DNA of 64,000 nt from an uncultured Gemmatimonadales bacterium (GCA_963701965.1 OY969695.1:4832001-4896000), one strand, 5' to 3'. Counted from the stretch's first letter, positions 23,271 through 34,992 are shown. Program-made: numbers and translations. The notes: a model not told the origin generated them from the letters alone.

Positions 23271-24269
23271 ATGGCCCTCGCCCGGAAGTTTCCCTACCCA
23301 GTCGGCGCCGACGTTCCGCTGTACCTGGCCCCCATGGCCGGGGTGTCGGAGTCGCCGTTCCGGCGTCTCTGTCGGTCGTTCGGCGCCAATGTCGTGGTCA
23401 CGGAGTTTCTGTCCGCCGAGGGGATCCGGCGCGAAAATCCGGCCACGCTGGACAAACTGCGGTTCGGGCCCGATGAGCGGCCGATCGGTGTGCAGATCTT
23501 CGGCGCCGAAGAGGCGGCTATGGCCGACGCGGCGGCGTTGGTCACCGACGTGTTCCAGCCCGAGTTCATCGACATCAACTTCGGCTGCCCCGTCAAGAAA
23601 GTCGTCAAGCGGAACGGCGGATCCGGGTGCCTCAAGGACCTGGGCCTCGTCGAGCGCGTGATCCGCGCCGTGCGCGGCGGCACCCACCTGCCGGTGACAG
23701 TCAAAATCCGCAGCGGGTGGAGCGACGAGATGCGCGACCCGGTGACGATCGCGTTGCGCTGTCAGGACGCCGGCGCGCAAGCGCTCACGCTACACCCCCG
23801 CACGCGCGCCCAGATGTACACGGGCGCGGCCCGGTGGGACGAAATCGCGGCGGTCGTCGACGCGCTGGAGATTCCCGTGATCGGGAACGGCGACATCAAG
23901 ACCGCCGAGGATGCCCTCCGGATGCACCGGCAGACCAATTGCGCGGCCGTCATGATCGCGCGCGGGTCGTTCGGCCAGCCGTGGATCTTCACGCAGGCGC
24001 GCGCACTGCTGGACGGACACCCGCCCATCGAGACCCCTCCGGTGCGCGAGCGGTTCGACATCGCCCTGCGTCACGCGCGCATGGCCGCGGACTTCGAGAT
24101 CGACCCGCGCGGCGCCGCCATCGAGTTTCGCAAGCACCTCGGCTGGTACGTCAAAGGCTTGCCCGGATCCGCTGAGCTCCGGCAGCGGCTGCACGCCGTC
24201 AACTCGTTCGACGAGGTCGGCGCGCTGTTCGCGGCCTATCTCGAGACGACCGCGCCCGCACTCGTGTGA
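23271..24269 (+). CDS. dusB: tRNA-dihydrouridine synthase
   Basis: LAPMAG, DINFGCP, VKIRSGW, GNGDI, RKHLGWY; ATG 23271. Confidence 0.93.
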   Translation: MALARKFPYPVGADVPLYLAPMAGVSESPFRRLCRSFGANVVVTEFLSAEGIRRENPATLDKLRFGPDERPIGVQIFGAEEAAMADAAALVTDVFQPEFIDINFGCPVKKVVKRNGGSGCLKDLGLVERVIRAVRGGTHLPVTVKIRSGWSDEMRDPVTIALRCQDAGAQALTLHPRTRAQMYTGAARWDEIAAVVDALEIPVIGNGDIKTAEDALRMHRQTNCAAVMIARGSFGQPWIFTQARALLDGHPPIETPPVRERFDIALRHARMAADFEIDPRGAAIEFRKHLGWYVKGLPGSAELRQRLHAVNSFDEVGALFAAYLETTAPALV

Positions 24270-25033
24270 TGCGCGAGCGGGCGCTCGCGCTGCTCCAAGA
24301 GGTCGCGCGCGGCGCCGTCGATCCGCGACAAGCCCTCGAGGCGCTGGCCCTCGAGCCCATCGCCGACCTGCCCTTCGCCACGGTCGATCACCATCGGGCG
24401 CTGCGGCAGGGGTATCCCGAAGTGATCTACGGCGCCGGCAAGACCATCTCCCAAGTGCTCGCCATCGCCGAGCAGATCGAACCTCGCGGCGACGGCCTGC
24501 TGATCACGCGTTGCGACGACGCGCTGCGCACCGCGCTCGGCGACCGGTATCCCGACGCCGAGATCAACGAACTGGCGCGAACCGTATACGTGGCCCCCCG
24601 CGAGACCGGGCGCGTCGCCGCGGGGCGGGGGACGATCCTGGTGGTCACCGCGGGCACGAGCGATCTACCAGTGGCCGAGGAGGCCGCCGTCACCGCGCGG
24701 GCCCTGGGGAACGTCGTCGCCCGCGCCACTGACGTCGGCGTTGCCGGCATCCACCGCGTCCTGGCCCGGGGCCGCGACCTGCAGGAAGCGGCCGTGATCA
24801 TCGTCGTCGCCGGAATGGACGGCGCCCTTCCATCCGTCGTCGGCGGCTTGGTCCGGGCACCCGTTATCGCCGTGCCCACCAGCGTGGGCTATGGTGCCAG
24901 TTTTTCAGGACTTGCCGCCCTCCTCGCGATGCTCAACAGTTGCGCCGCGGGAGTCACTGTAGTCAACATCGACAACGGCTTCGGCGCCGCGATGGCGGCC
25001 TCGCGCATCACCCACGCGGGCGTTACATTTTGA
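24266..25033 (+). CDS. larB: LarB-like (PurE-fold) nickel-pincer cofactor biosynthesis carboxylase
   Basis: DHHRALRQGYPEVIYGAGK, AGTSD, DVGVAGIHR, PTSVGYG, VNIDNGFGAA. Confidence 0.9.
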   Translation: MMRERALALLQEVARGAVDPRQALEALALEPIADLPFATVDHHRALRQGYPEVIYGAGKTISQVLAIAEQIEPRGDGLLITRCDDALRTALGDRYPDAEINELARTVYVAPRETGRVAAGRGTILVVTAGTSDLPVAEEAAVTARALGNVVARATDVGVAGIHRVLARGRDLQEAAVIIVVAGMDGALPSVVGGLVRAPVIAVPTSVGYGASFSGLAALLAMLNSCAAGVTVVNIDNGFGAAMAASRITHAGVTF

Positions 25034-25039
25034 TACGTC

Positions 25040-25398
25040 GGGGGCGAACTAGGCTCGACATGTGTCGGTAGGTCGGTGTTGCGTGCCCAGGTCCTCGGGC
25101 TCCTGGTAAAACACTCGGGAAAAAATCACAAAAGCCAACAACAACCTGGCTCTGGCTGCGTAACTTCGGTTGCGCGCCTTGCCACCGTGGAAGCCCGCCT
25201 GGGGCGTTTGCGGCGGTATCGAAAATCCGGGCTAGCTGACCACCGCGCCTTCCGGCGGCCGGCGAAAACGAAATGAAGGCTCGTCCAGCAGTAGGTTGCT
25301 CGCTGGCCAGCGGCTGGAGACACCAAGTAGCGGGCTACGCACGTAGACGCGCCAATCGATCGGCGGCATGGACCGGGGGGCAGTACCCCGCGCCTCCA
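25040..25398 (+). ncRNA. ssrA: tmRNA, one-piece; tag ANNNLALAA*
   Basis: 5' GGGGGCG pairs with 3' CGCCTCC-A including the G3:U Ala determinant; tag ORF 25134-25163; CCA not encoded. Confidence 0.95.
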
Positions 25399-25405
25399 TT
25401 TCGAC

Positions 25406-25439
25406 ACCAACCGGGTCGGCTCTCGCCGGCCCGGTTGGT
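25406..25439 (+). terminator. Hairpin after tmRNA
   Basis: accaaccgggtcggc-tctc-gccggcccggttggt followed by cgtttat. Confidence 0.65.
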
Positions 25440-25523
25440 CGTTTATGGACGGGCGGTTGCGGGGCCAGCGATGTCTCGTCCCTGGCAGGGAGCCTCCCAC
25501 ATCCGCCACCGACTCGTGAACGC

Positions 25524-27488
25524 ATGAAGCGCTGGGGCATCGCCAGCAAGATCGCCGCGGCCGTCACCGTTGCCGCCATCCTCGGCGTCGCACTGGCGGG
25601 GGGTTTCACCTGGCGCGAAACCGACAAGCGGTTCCTCGCCGCCGCGGTCACGTCCTCCGGTGAGCAGTTGTCCGTGAATCTGGCGCTGGCCCGCGCCCTG
25701 TTCGACCAGCGGTTCCCTGGTCCCTGGCGCATCGTCCCCACGGCGCCGACCGAACCCCCCATCGAGATCTTCAACGGCAACGGCCGCCAGGACCGCTATC
25801 GCACGACGACGCAGCTCCCGGGCCTGCTGTACAAGGGCACGACGCGCATCCTGGGCAACCCCGACGTCGACCGGTACGTCCTGCAGCTCGACAGCCTGTC
25901 AGGCGCCGAGCTGACCATCGCTCAACGGATTTCGCCGGCGACATCGGCCGATCCGACCGTGGGCGACGCCCCCATGGGGCGGGCGCTGCGGCTAGTGACC
26001 ACCGTCACCCGCCCCGACGCCACCACCGGCATCCGCGAGCGGCAGACGCTGACGATCATGCCGACCCGCTCCGTGGCCACGGGTCAGCTCGCGGGAGCGG
26101 GATCGGCGTTCACGACGAACGTCACCTACGCCGGACGGACCACCGTCGCCGGCGAGGATCGGTGGACCCGCTACGAGCCGATCCTGGATTCGAGCGGCCA
26201 GGCGATCGGCATTTTTTACAGCGGTCTGTCCCTGGCGCCGCGCGTCGCGCAGGCCCATGCGGCGTCGCGGGCCATCGCCATGGTGACCAACGGCACGGGC
26301 CTCGTCATCATCCTGCTGCTGTGTGTCGGCGTGTATCAGTTCCTCAAGTATCTGCTCAAGCCGCTGCAGAAGATCCGGTCCGCCGCCCTGCAACTCGCCG
26401 CCGGCCGCCTCGACTCCCGCGTCCCCGTCTACGACGAGAGCGAGATCGGCCACGTCGCCAAGGCCTTCAACGACATGGCGACCCAGCTCGAAAGTTTGAA
26501 CGAGCGCGTCGTGATCTCCACCGAGCAGCTCACCGCATCGAGTAAGCAGGTCGATGCGGCGGCCAGCGCGGCCGCGATCGCCACCCAGCAGGTGGCCAGC
26601 TCGATCGGCGAAGTGTCGCATGGCGCCGCGGAGTCCGCGGCGCGGGTCGAAGAGGCGACGAAGCAAGCCCACAAGGCGCTGGCCCACGTGCGCGCGATTC
26701 AGGACGAAGTCGGGCGCGCGATGCTGGAAGCGGGAGCGACCGACGCGCTGGCGTCCGATGGCCACGGGCTCATCGCCCGCAGCTTGAGCGTCACCAGCGG
26801 AGTGCGCGACACCGTGGGTCGGGCCCGCGGCGTCATGGTCGATCTCGAGAAGCAGGCCGAGCAAATCCAGTCGATCGTGGCGATCATCAAGAAGATCGCC
26901 ACCCAGACGAACCTGCTGGCGCTGAACGCGGCCATCGAAGCGGCGCGGGCCGGCAATGCGGGACGCGGGTTCGCCGTCGTCGCCAACGAAATCCGATCGC
27001 TGGCCGACGAAGTGCGCAAATCGTCGGACAGCATCGGGGAGATCGTCGGCGAGACCAAGCGCCGGACAGGCAGCGCCGTCGGCCTCATGGGCGAGATCGA
27101 CGCCGAGACGCAGGCGGGCGCCAATGCCGTGCGGGAGAGCGATGAGGCGTTCCGCAACATCGGCACTGCCGTCACGCATCTGAGCACGCAAATCATGGCG
27201 ATCAAGACAGCGGCCGAAGCCGTGGCGGTCGCGGTGGCGCACCTCGATACGGCGATCGCCGGCGTCGCCGCGATCGCGCAAGAGAGCGCGGCCACCAGCG
27301 AAGAGGTCTCGGCCCTGGCCCAAGAGCAGACGGCCACGCTGGGCGAGATCACGCGCGAGATCCACGAGGTCTCGAACATGGCCGAAGCCCTGCGCCAAGT
27401 CATGAACGCCTCGGCCAGCGGTCATTGGGCCACGACGACGGCGATGCGCGCCGCGGCGCCCCGGCCGCTCGCGATGGCGGCCGACTAG
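25524..27488 (+). CDS. Methyl-accepting chemotaxis protein (TM, Cache-like sensor, TM, HAMP, MA)
   Basis: Two TMs, [41 protein letters not shown]; real start ATG 25524 because ORF-track 25368 lies in the tmRNA. Confidence 0.93.
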   Translation: MKRWGIASKIAAAVTVAAILGVALAGGFTWRETDKRFLAAAVTSSGEQLSVNLALARALFDQRFPGPWRIVPTAPTEPPIEIFNGNGRQDRYRTTTQLPGLLYKGTTRILGNPDVDRYVLQLDSLSGAELTIAQRISPATSADPTVGDAPMGRALRLVTTVTRPDATTGIRERQTLTIMPTRSVATGQLAGAGSAFTTNVTYAGRTTVAGEDRWTRYEPILDSSGQAIGIFYSGLSLAPRVAQAHAASRAIAMVTNGTGLVIILLLCVGVYQFLKYLLKPLQKIRSAALQLAAGRLDSRVPVYDESEIGHVAKAFNDMATQLESLNERVVISTEQLTASSKQVDAAASAAAIATQQVASSIGEVSHGAAESAARVEEATKQAHKALAHVRAIQDEVGRAMLEAGATDALASDGHGLIARSLSVTSGVRDTVGRARGVMVDLEKQAEQIQSIVAIIKKIATQTNLLALNAAIEAARAGNAGRGFAVVANEIRSLADEVRKSSDSIGEIVGETKRRTGSAVGLMGEIDAETQAGANAVRESDEAFRNIGTAVTHLSTQIMAIKTAAEAVAVAVAHLDTAIAGVAAIAQESAATSEEVSALAQEQTATLGEITREIHEVSNMAEALRQVMNASASGHWATTTAMRAAAPRPLAMAAD

Positions 27489-27497
27489 CGGTCGGGC

Positions 27498-30182
27498 CTA
27501 GCGGTCGCCGAGGCGCCGCCGGTACGGCGACCGTTCGTCGACTTTGTCCAGCGCCGCGTGCGCCGCGGCCAGCCGGGCGATCGGCACCCGGTATGGCGAG
27601 CACGACACGTAGTCGAGCTGCAGGCGATGACAGAACGCGATGGAACGCGGCTCGCCGCCGTGCTCGCCACAGATCCCCACCTTGAGATCGGGCCGCACGC
27701 GCCGTCCCTCACTCACCCCATACTGGATCAGTCGTCCCACGCCGTCCTCGTCGAGCACGGCGAACGGATCGTCGGACAGGATCCCGCGATCGTAGTAGGT
27801 GGGAAGAAACCGCCCCGCATCGTCCCGGCTCAGGCCCAGCGTCGTCTGCGTCAGGTCGTTCGTCCCGAACGAGAAGAACTGGGCGCTGGCGGCGATCTGG
27901 TCGGCGGTCAGCGCGGCCCGTGGCAGCTCGATCATCGTTCCCACGAGATACGGGATCTCGATCCCCATGGGCTTGAGCACCTGCAAGGCGACGGATTCGA
28001 CCACCGCCCGCTGATGGGCGAACTCCTTCTCCGTGGCCACGAGCGGGATCATGATCTCCGGCTGCACGTCGATGCCGCGGCGCGCGGCGCGGACCGCGGC
28101 CTCGAAGATCGCCCGGGCCTGCATCTCCGTGATCTCGGGATAGGTGACGCCCAGGCGGCACCCGCGATGCCCGAGCATCGGGTTCGTCTCCCGGAGACCG
28201 TCGACGATGCGGTTCAGCTCTTCCCGCGACAAATTCAGCGTGCGGGCCAGGAGCTTGCTCTCCTCGCCGCCGTGGGGCAGGAACTCGTGCAGCGGCGGGT
28301 CGAGCAGCCGGATGGTCACGGGGAGGCCGTCCATGGCCTCGAACAGCCCCTCGAAATCGGTCCGCTGCATCGGGAGCAGCTTGGCCAGCGCCCGACGCCG
28401 GCCGGCTTCGTCGTGGGCGACGATCATCTCGCGCATGGCGGTGATCCGGTCGCCCTCGAAGAACATATGCTCGGTCCGGCACAGCCCGATCCCCTCGGCG
28501 CCAAACCCGCGCGCCACGCGCGCGTCGCGCGGAGTGTCGGCGTTGGCCCGGACCTTCAGCGTGCGGATCTCGTCGGCCCAGCCCAGAACCTTGGCATACG
28601 CGCTGTACACCGGCGCCTGATCGGGCTTGAGTGTCCCGTTGATCACGCGCACGACTTCGCTGGGCGCCGTCGGCAGCGCGCCGGCGTACACCGATCCGGT
28701 GGCGCCGTCGACCGTTAGCCAGTCGCCCTCGTTGACCACGAGATCGCCCACGGTGAACCGGCAATGGGCGGCGTCGACATGGATCTCCTTGCAGCCGACG
28801 ACCGCGCACCGGCCCATCCCGCGGGCCACGACGGCGGCGTGGCTGGTCGTGCCGCCCCGGGCCGTCACCACGGCCCGGGCGGCGACGATGCCATGGAAGT
28901 CCTCCGGCGTCGTCTCTTCCCGCACCAGAATCACGTCGGCGCCGGCGTTGGCTTGGATCTCGGCGACGTCGGGGTCGAAGACCGCGATGCCGCTGGCGGC
29001 CCCCGGGCTCGCGGGCAGGCCGCGGGCGATCGGCGTCGCCCGGGATCCGGCGTCGATCACCGGATGGAGCAGCTGGTCGATCTCCCGTGCCGGCACGCGG
29101 GTCACGGCCTCGGTGCGGTCGATCAGTCCCTCGGCGACCATGTCGACCGCGATGCGCACCGCCGCCGCGGCCGTCCGCTTGCCGGAGCGCGTCTGCAGCA
29201 GATAGAGGCGCCCGCGCTCCACGGTGAACTCCAGGTCCTGCATGTCCCGGAAGTGGGCCTCGAGCCGCTGCTCCGTCTCCATGAGCTCGCGGTACGCGTC
29301 GGGCAGACGCTCGGCCATCACGTCGATGGGGAGCGGCGTGCGCAGCCCCGCGACGACGTCCTCGCCCTGCGCGTTGACCAGGAACTCGCCGTACGAGCAC
29401 CGCTCGCCGGTGGAAGGATCGCGCGTGAACGCGACCCCCGTTCCCGAGTCATCGCCAATGTTGCCGAAGACCATGGCCACGATGTTGACGGCCGTCCCCA
29501 GGGTCTCCGAGATGCCGTTCACCCGGCGATAGTCGACGGCTTTCTTGAGGGTCCACGACTTCCACACGGCTTCGATGGCGCCCCAGAGCTGCTGGCGCGG
29601 ATCCATCGGGAAGGTGCGCACGAGCGTCTTGTATTCCTCGACCAGGTTGCGTTGCGCGGTCTCGTCGAGCTGGGCGTCGGTCTCGACGCCCCGAATGAGC
29701 CGCTTGGCCGACAGCACGGACTCGAATTTCTGCAACGGAACGCCGAGCACGACGTCGCCGTACATCTGGAGAAATCGCCGGTACGAGTCGTAGGCAAACC
29801 GCGCGCTGCCGCTGCCGCGGGCCAGCCCCACGACGGTCTGGTCGTTCAAGCCGAGATTGAGGATCGTCTCCATCATCCCGGGCATGGACACCGGCGCGCC
29901 GGACCGCACGGAGACGAGCAGGGGATTGGTCACGCTGCCGAACTGCTTCCCCGTGGTCGCTTCCAACCGCGCCAGGTTGCGATCGACTTCGTCGCGCAAC
30001 CCTTCGCTCAAGGTCCCGTCACGCAGATAATCGATGCAGCACGAGCACCGGATCGTGAATCCGGGGGGCACCGGAACGCCAAGATTGGTCATCTCGGCCA
30101 GGTTGGCGCCCTTGCCGCCCAGCACGTCGCGCATCGCGCGCGTGCCGTCGGCGGCGCCGCCGCCGAAAAAGTAGACTAGCAC
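27498..30182 (-). CDS. ppdK: Pyruvate, phosphate dikinase
   Basis: LGGKGANLAEM, TSHAAVVARG, GLCRTEHMF, FGTNDLTQ; GTG 30182 overlaps the purF stop. Confidence 0.96.
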   Translation of the reverse strand: MLVYFFGGGAADGTRAMRDVLGGKGANLAEMTNLGVPVPPGFTIRCSCCIDYLRDGTLSEGLRDEVDRNLARLEATTGKQFGSVTNPLLVSVRSGAPVSMPGMMETILNLGLNDQTVVGLARGSGSARFAYDSYRRFLQMYGDVVLGVPLQKFESVLSAKRLIRGVETDAQLDETAQRNLVEEYKTLVRTFPMDPRQQLWGAIEAVWKSWTLKKAVDYRRVNGISETLGTAVNIVAMVFGNIGDDSGTGVAFTRDPSTGERCSYGEFLVNAQGEDVVAGLRTPLPIDVMAERLPDAYRELMETEQRLEAHFRDMQDLEFTVERGRLYLLQTRSGKRTAAAAVRIAVDMVAEGLIDRTEAVTRVPAREIDQLLHPVIDAGSRATPIARGLPASPGAASGIAVFDPDVAEIQANAGADVILVREETTPEDFHGIVAARAVVTARGGTTSHAAVVARGMGRCAVVGCKEIHVDAAHCRFTVGDLVVNEGDWLTVDGATGSVYAGALPTAPSEVVRVINGTLKPDQAPVYSAYAKVLGWADEIRTLKVRANADTPRDARVARGFGAEGIGLCRTEHMFFEGDRITAMREMIVAHDEAGRRRALAKLLPMQRTDFEGLFEAMDGLPVTIRLLDPPLHEFLPHGGEESKLLARTLNLSREELNRIVDGLRETNPMLGHRGCRLGVTYPEITEMQARAIFEAAVRAARRGIDVQPEIMIPLVATEKEFAHQRAVVESVALQVLKPMGIEIPYLVGTMIELPRAALTADQIAASAQFFSFGTNDLTQTTLGLSRDDAGRFLPTYYDRGILSDDPFAVLDEDGVGRLIQYGVSEGRRVRPDLKVGICGEHGGEPRSIAFCHRLQLDYVSCSPYRVPIARLAAAHAALDKVDERSPYRRRLGDR

Positions 30183-31571
30183 CCGCAGCCGAAGCGGAGT
30201 TTGTCGGGGTCCGTAGGTGGTGGCGTGGGGTAGTCGCCCGAGAAGCACGCATGACAAAATCCGCTTGGGCTTCCGGCCACGGGCACGGATTCCAGCATCC
30301 CTTCCAGCGACAGGTAGCCGAGCGAGTCCACGCCCAGATCGTGGGCGATCTCGTCGACCGTCAGATTGGCGGCGATCAGCTCCTCGCGGTTCGGCGTATC
30401 GATGCCATAGTAGCACGGACCCGTGATGGGCGCCGAGCTGACGCGCATGTGCACCTCTTTCGCGCCGGCGGCGCGGACCATGGCCACCAAGCCCCGCGTG
30501 GTCGTGCCCCGGACGATCGAGTCGTCGACCATCACCACGCGGCGTCCCTCGAGCACGTTCCGCACGGCGTTGTACTTGACCTTGACCTTGGCGTCCCGTC
30601 CCGCCTGGGTCGGCTGGATGAACGTGCGGCCGACATAGTGATTGCGGATCAGCGCGAACTCGAAGGGCAAGCCCGACTCCTCGGCGAAACCCAAGGCCGC
30701 CGAGTTCGACGAGTCCGGCACGCTGAAGACCAACTCGCCGCGCGGCGCCGGACACTCCCGCGCCAACCGCCGGCCGAGCTCCCGCCGGGAGTCCTCGACG
30801 GTCACGCCGAAGACCTTGCTGTCGGGGCGCGCGAAGTACACATGCTCGAAGACGCAGCGATGCAGCGCGCCCGGTGCCAGCGCCTGAATGGTGCGCCGCC
30901 CGGTCGAATCGACGGCGACGATCTCGCCCGGCTTGACCTCGCGGTCACACGACGCGCCCACGATGTCGAGCGCGCAGGTCTCCGACGCGAACACCGTCGA
31001 GCCGTCGTCCATCCTGCCCATGACCAGCGGCCGGAACCCGCGCGGATCGCGCGCCGCCAACAACGTGTCGCCGATCACGACGAGCAGACAGTACGCGCCC
31101 TCGACCCCCTGCAGCGCCTCGGCCAACTTCTCGGCCGGGGTCCCGGCCGCCGCGGCCGCCAGGCAATGCAGCAGGACCTCGGAGTCGTTGGTCGACGTGA
31201 AGATCGACCCCCGATCCTCGAGCTCGAGGCGCAACTCCGTGGCGTTGGTCAGGTTCCCGTTGTGCGCGAGCCCGATGGCCGTGCCGCGGAAGTTCACGAG
31301 CAGCGGTTGGGCGTTCTCCAGCGTCGTCGATCCCGCCGTGCTGTAGCGCGTGTGGCCAATGGCGATGGCCCCCGGCAGATCGCTCTCCAGGCGTTCGGGA
31401 GGCAGGGCGTCCGACACCAGTCCCACTGCCCGCAAACGGTGCGGGCGGCGCTCGGCGTCGACCGTGATGATGCCCGCCGACTCCTGCCCGCGGTGCTGCA
31501 AGGAGTACAACCCCAGAATGCGTGACGGCCGCGGCATGGGGAGTCCCGTGGACGCCGAATAACCCGCACAT
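30176..31571 (-). CDS. purF: Amidophosphoribosyltransferase (apparent +1 frameshift at about 31517)
   Basis: MCGLFG start in one frame; LGLYSLQHRGQE, VDDSIVRGTT in another; joined by deleting one base in CAGAATG 31514-20. Confidence 0.93.
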
Positions 31572-31574
31572 GAA

Positions 31575-33887
31575 TCAGACCGTACCGGTAAGAGGTTCTT
31601 CCGCCACGGCGACGACCGCCGGGGAGCCCGACATGATCGACGGGATCGCATCGTGGAACGCTCGCGCCATCTGCTCCACATCCGCCTTCAACTCGCCGCC
31701 AACGATCAGGATCCGAAGACCCGCGGCTGCCCGCTCCACGGTCCCGATCTGCCGCGCCGGCACGCCATGCTGTTTGGCGATGGCCAGCACGTCGGCCGCG
31801 CGCGATGTCGAGACGATGACCCGGCCTTGGCCCTCTCCGAATAATAGCGCCCGCGGTGTGATCTCCGCCCAGTGACGGAGATCGATCGCGGCACCATGCA
31901 CCCGCTCGTCGTCGCCCACACAACATTCGGCGATGGCGACCGCCAGGCCGCCGTCGCTGACGTCGTGGGCGGTGCGCACGGCGCGGCGCCCGATGGCGTC
32001 GAGCAGGGCGTCGATCAACCGGCGTTCGCCGTCCAGATCGCAGTGCGGTGGTGCGCCGGCGACCACCCCGTGGATCCGGGCGAGATACTCGCTGGCGCCC
32101 AGCTCGTTCGTCGGCTCGCCGAGCAGAACGATCGCATCGCCGTCGACGGCAAACGTCGCGCGCGTCGCGTGATCCACCGACGCCAGGAGTCCGACCATGC
32201 CGACCACCGGCGTCGGATAGATGGCGCCGGACGGATTCTCGTTGTACAACGAGACGTTGCCGCCGGTCACCGGCGTCCCCAGCGCCTCACAGGCCTCGCC
32301 AATGCCGGCGATCGCCTCGCGCAGCTGGAAATAGACCTCGGGCTTGGTCGGATTCCCGAAGTTCAAGCAATTCGTGATCGCCATCGGGCGCCCGCCGACA
32401 CAGGCGACGTTCCGCGCCGACTCGGCGACCGCGATCCGTCCGCCCTCGCGCGGGTCGAGATACCCGTACCGCCCGTTGCCATCGGTTTTGATCGCCAGCG
32501 CCCGGGTCGTGCCCCTGAGGCGCAGCACCGCCGCATCGCCTCCTCCAGGCGCCACCACGGTGTTGGTCTGCACGCTCGTGTCGTATTGGCGTGTCACCCA
32601 ACGCTTGCTGGCGATCGTGGGCGACGACAACAGTCGCTCCAGCGTCCAGGCTGGATCTCTCTCCTCGCTGCGTTCGGGGATCGCCAGCACGTCGCGTTCG
32701 CGAAGCGCGCGTATCGTCGCGCTTTCGCGGGCGTCGGGCGTGTAGAACGGGCAGTCGGACACCAACTGCGAGCCCGGGAACTCGGCGACGACGACGTCGC
32801 CATCGGTCACCCTATATACCGGATCGGCGATCACCTCGCCAATGACGGCCGCCGTCAGGTCCCACTTGGCCAGGATGGCGTAGACCGCCTGCTCGCGTCC
32901 GCGCTTGGCGACAACGAGCATGCGCTCCTGGGATTCGCTGAGCAGGATCTCGTACGGGGTCATGCCGGATTCGCGGACCGGCATCTTGCGCACGTCGATC
33001 GTGACGCCCACGTCGCCGCGCGCCGCCATCTCGGCTGACGACGATGTCAGTCCCGCGGCGCCCATGTCCTGGATGGCCACGATGTGCCCGCTTTGGATCA
33101 ACTCCAGGCTGGCCTCGAGCAGCAACTTTTCCGTGAACGGATCGCCGACCTGGACCCTTGGCCGCTTCGCTTCGCTCGCGGCCGTGAGATCTTCCGACGC
33201 GAATGACGCGCCGTGAATCCCGTCGCGACCAGTGCGGGCGCCCACGGCAATGATCGGGTTGCCGATACCCTCGGCCTTGGCCCGGATCAACTCGTCTTCG
33301 CGCAGCAGGCCGACGCACATCGCGTTGACCAGCGGGTTCCCTTCGTACGCGGGGTCGAAGACGACCTCGCCGCCGACATTGGGAATGCCGACGCAGTTCC
33401 CATAGTCACCGATGCCCCGCACCACGCCTGCGAACAGGTACCGGACGCGCGCCGAGTCCAGCGATCCGAACCGCAGCGAGTCGAGCACGGCGATCGGCCG
33501 CGCGCCCATCGTGAAAACGTCGCGCAGGATGCCGCCGACTCCGGTCGCCGCCCCCTGATAGGGCTCCACGGCCGACGGGTGGTTGTGGGACTCGATCTTG
33601 AACGCGACGGCGAGTCCGTCGCCGACGCTGATCACGCCCGCGTTCTCGCCCGGTCCCTGCAAGACCCAGGGCGCCTTGGTCGGCAGTCCGCGAAGCAGGG
33701 GTCGCGAATGCTTATAGGAGCAGTGCTCGCTCCACAGAGCGCTCACGATACCGAGCTCGGTGAACGTCGGCGCGCGCCCCAACATGCGCTCGATGCGCTG
33801 GTACTCGTCGGCGGTCAGCCCGTGTTCGGCCACCAGGGCCGGGGTGATCACGGGATCGCCGGGACGGGGCCGGACCGATACGCTCAC
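31575..33887 (-). CDS. purL: FGAM synthase subunit PurL
   Basis: [38 protein letters not shown]. Confidence 0.97.
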   Translation of the reverse strand: MSVSVRPRPGDPVITPALVAEHGLTADEYQRIERMLGRAPTFTELGIVSALWSEHCSYKHSRPLLRGLPTKAPWVLQGPGENAGVISVGDGLAVAFKIESHNHPSAVEPYQGAATGVGGILRDVFTMGARPIAVLDSLRFGSLDSARVRYLFAGVVRGIGDYGNCVGIPNVGGEVVFDPAYEGNPLVNAMCVGLLREDELIRAKAEGIGNPIIAVGARTGRDGIHGASFASEDLTAASEAKRPRVQVGDPFTEKLLLEASLELIQSGHIVAIQDMGAAGLTSSSAEMAARGDVGVTIDVRKMPVRESGMTPYEILLSESQERMLVVAKRGREQAVYAILAKWDLTAAVIGEVIADPVYRVTDGDVVVAEFPGSQLVSDCPFYTPDARESATIRALRERDVLAIPERSEERDPAWTLERLLSSPTIASKRWVTRQYDTSVQTNTVVAPGGGDAAVLRLRGTTRALAIKTDGNGRYGYLDPREGGRIAVAESARNVACVGGRPMAITNCLNFGNPTKPEVYFQLREAIAGIGEACEALGTPVTGGNVSLYNENPSGAIYPTPVVGMVGLLASVDHATRATFAVDGDAIVLLGEPTNELGASEYLARIHGVVAGAPPHCDLDGERRLIDALLDAIGRRAVRTAHDVSDGGLAVAIAECCVGDDERVHGAAIDLRHWAEITPRALLFGEGQGRVIVSTSRAADVLAIAKQHGVPARQIGTVERAAAGLRILIVGGELKADVEQMARAFHDAIPSIMSGSPAVVAVAEEPLTGTV

Positions 33888-34327
33888 GTGCCGTGAGGCT
33901 GCGGCGTGATGACCTGATAGGGCGCCGGTCGCGCCGGCGGACGCGGTCCTTCGAAGACCATCCCGCCGGGGCGCGCGCTATCGGCCGCCAATGCCGCGAC
34001 GACCGGGGGGACCGGTGGCCGGGACGACGGCTTGGACGACAGGGTCGTAGCCGGCTGGCCGGCGCCGCTGTAACTCCGCCGCGACGAACGGATCACCGCA
34101 TCGGCGACGACGCCATGATCCAGGATCACGAGATCGTTGCCGCACGTCCGGCCGCAGTCGGCATCGAACAGGAGATAATCGTGGGCCCCGAAGTGGCGGG
34201 CCGCTGCCGGGGGCCCAAACTGGGCGACCACTTGGTCGCGCGTCATGCCGGGGGTGATCGTCGCCGTCTGCGCGGCGAGCGGGGCGCCGGCGCAGCAGGC
34301 GGCCAGCAGACCGAGTCTCAAATTCAT
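33884..34327 (-). CDS. Secreted hypothetical protein with SmpA/BamE-like N-terminus
   Basis: Signal peptide, [23 protein letters not shown], Pro-rich tail; 4-nt overlaps with purQ and purL. Confidence 0.65.
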   Translation of the reverse strand: MNLRLGLLAACCAGAPLAAQTATITPGMTRDQVVAQFGPPAAARHFGAHDYLLFDADCGRTCGNDLVILDHGVVADAVIRSSRRSYSGAGQPATTLSSKPSSRPPVPPVVAALAADSARPGGMVFEGPRPPARPAPYQVITPQPHGT

Positions 34328-34992
34328 GCGGCCACGCGGTCGAGGAGGGAAGTGAAGAGCGCCAGTCCATCGTCGGAGCCGACGAGCGGATCGACCACTC
34401 GCTCCGGGTGGGGCATGAGCCCGAGGACATTGCCGGCGTCGTTCACGATGCCGGCGATATCCCGCGCCGATCCGTTGGGGTTCCAACCCGCGTACCGGAA
34501 CACCACGCGTCCCGCGGACTCCAGGGCATCGAGCGTCGACGTGTCGGCCGTGTAGCGCCCTTCGCCGTGGGCAATGGGGAACGTGACGATCTGCCCCGGC
34601 GCGTAGCCCGACGTGAACATCGTGTCGGTCGATTCGACGCGGACGCGGACGGGCGCGCAGATGTACTGCAGGCCCGCGTTGCGCATGAGGGCGCCCGGCA
34701 GGAGGCCGGCCTCACAGGCGACCTGAAATCCGTTGCAGATGGCCAGCACCGGCGCGCCGCGCTTGGCGTGGGCGGCGACGTCGGACATGATCGGGCTGAA
34801 CCGGGCGATCGCGCCGGCGCGGAGATAGTCGCCGTAGGCGAACCCGCCGGGCAGGATGACGACGTCGACGTCCTGGAGATCGTGGTCCTTGTGCCAGAGA
34901 TAGATCGCTTCTTCGCCGAGCGCGTCGACGACCGCGTGATACGCGTCCGTGTCGCAGTTCGATCCGGGAAACCGGACGATGCCGAATTTCAT
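34324..34992 (-). CDS. purQ: FGAM synthase glutaminase subunit PurQ
   Basis: FPGSNCD, ICNGFQ, HGEG, MPHPER. Confidence 0.96.
   Translation of the reverse strand: MKFGIVRFPGSNCDTDAYHAVVDALGEEAIYLWHKDHDLQDVDVVILPGGFAYGDYLRAGAIARFSPIMSDVAAHAKRGAPVLAICNGFQVACEAGLLPGALMRNAGLQYICAPVRVRVESTDTMFTSGYAPGQIVTFPIAHGEGRYTADTSTLDALESAGRVVFRYAGWNPNGSARDIAGIVNDAGNVLGLMPHPERVVDPLVGSDDGLALFTSLLDRVAA

Noticed and set aside
25448..25523. Possible riboswitch upstream of the chemoreceptor
   Set aside because: An imperfect GC hairpin can be drawn, but no c-di-GMP or other aptamer consensus is recognisable; needs an Rfam scan
25399..27497. Genomic island integrated at tmRNA
   Set aside because: No integrase and no downstream copy of the ssrA 3' end seen
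27498..30755. N-terminal extensions in ORF-track calls (ppdK, MCP, pssA, psd, rlmN, lexA, panC and others)
   Set aside because: They overlap neighbouring genes or the tmRNA; homology-like sequence begins at downstream starts
30176..31571. purF as a true pseudogene or programmed frameshift
   Set aside because: The rest of the gene and the pur operon are intact, there is no slippery run, and it shares the CAGAATG context
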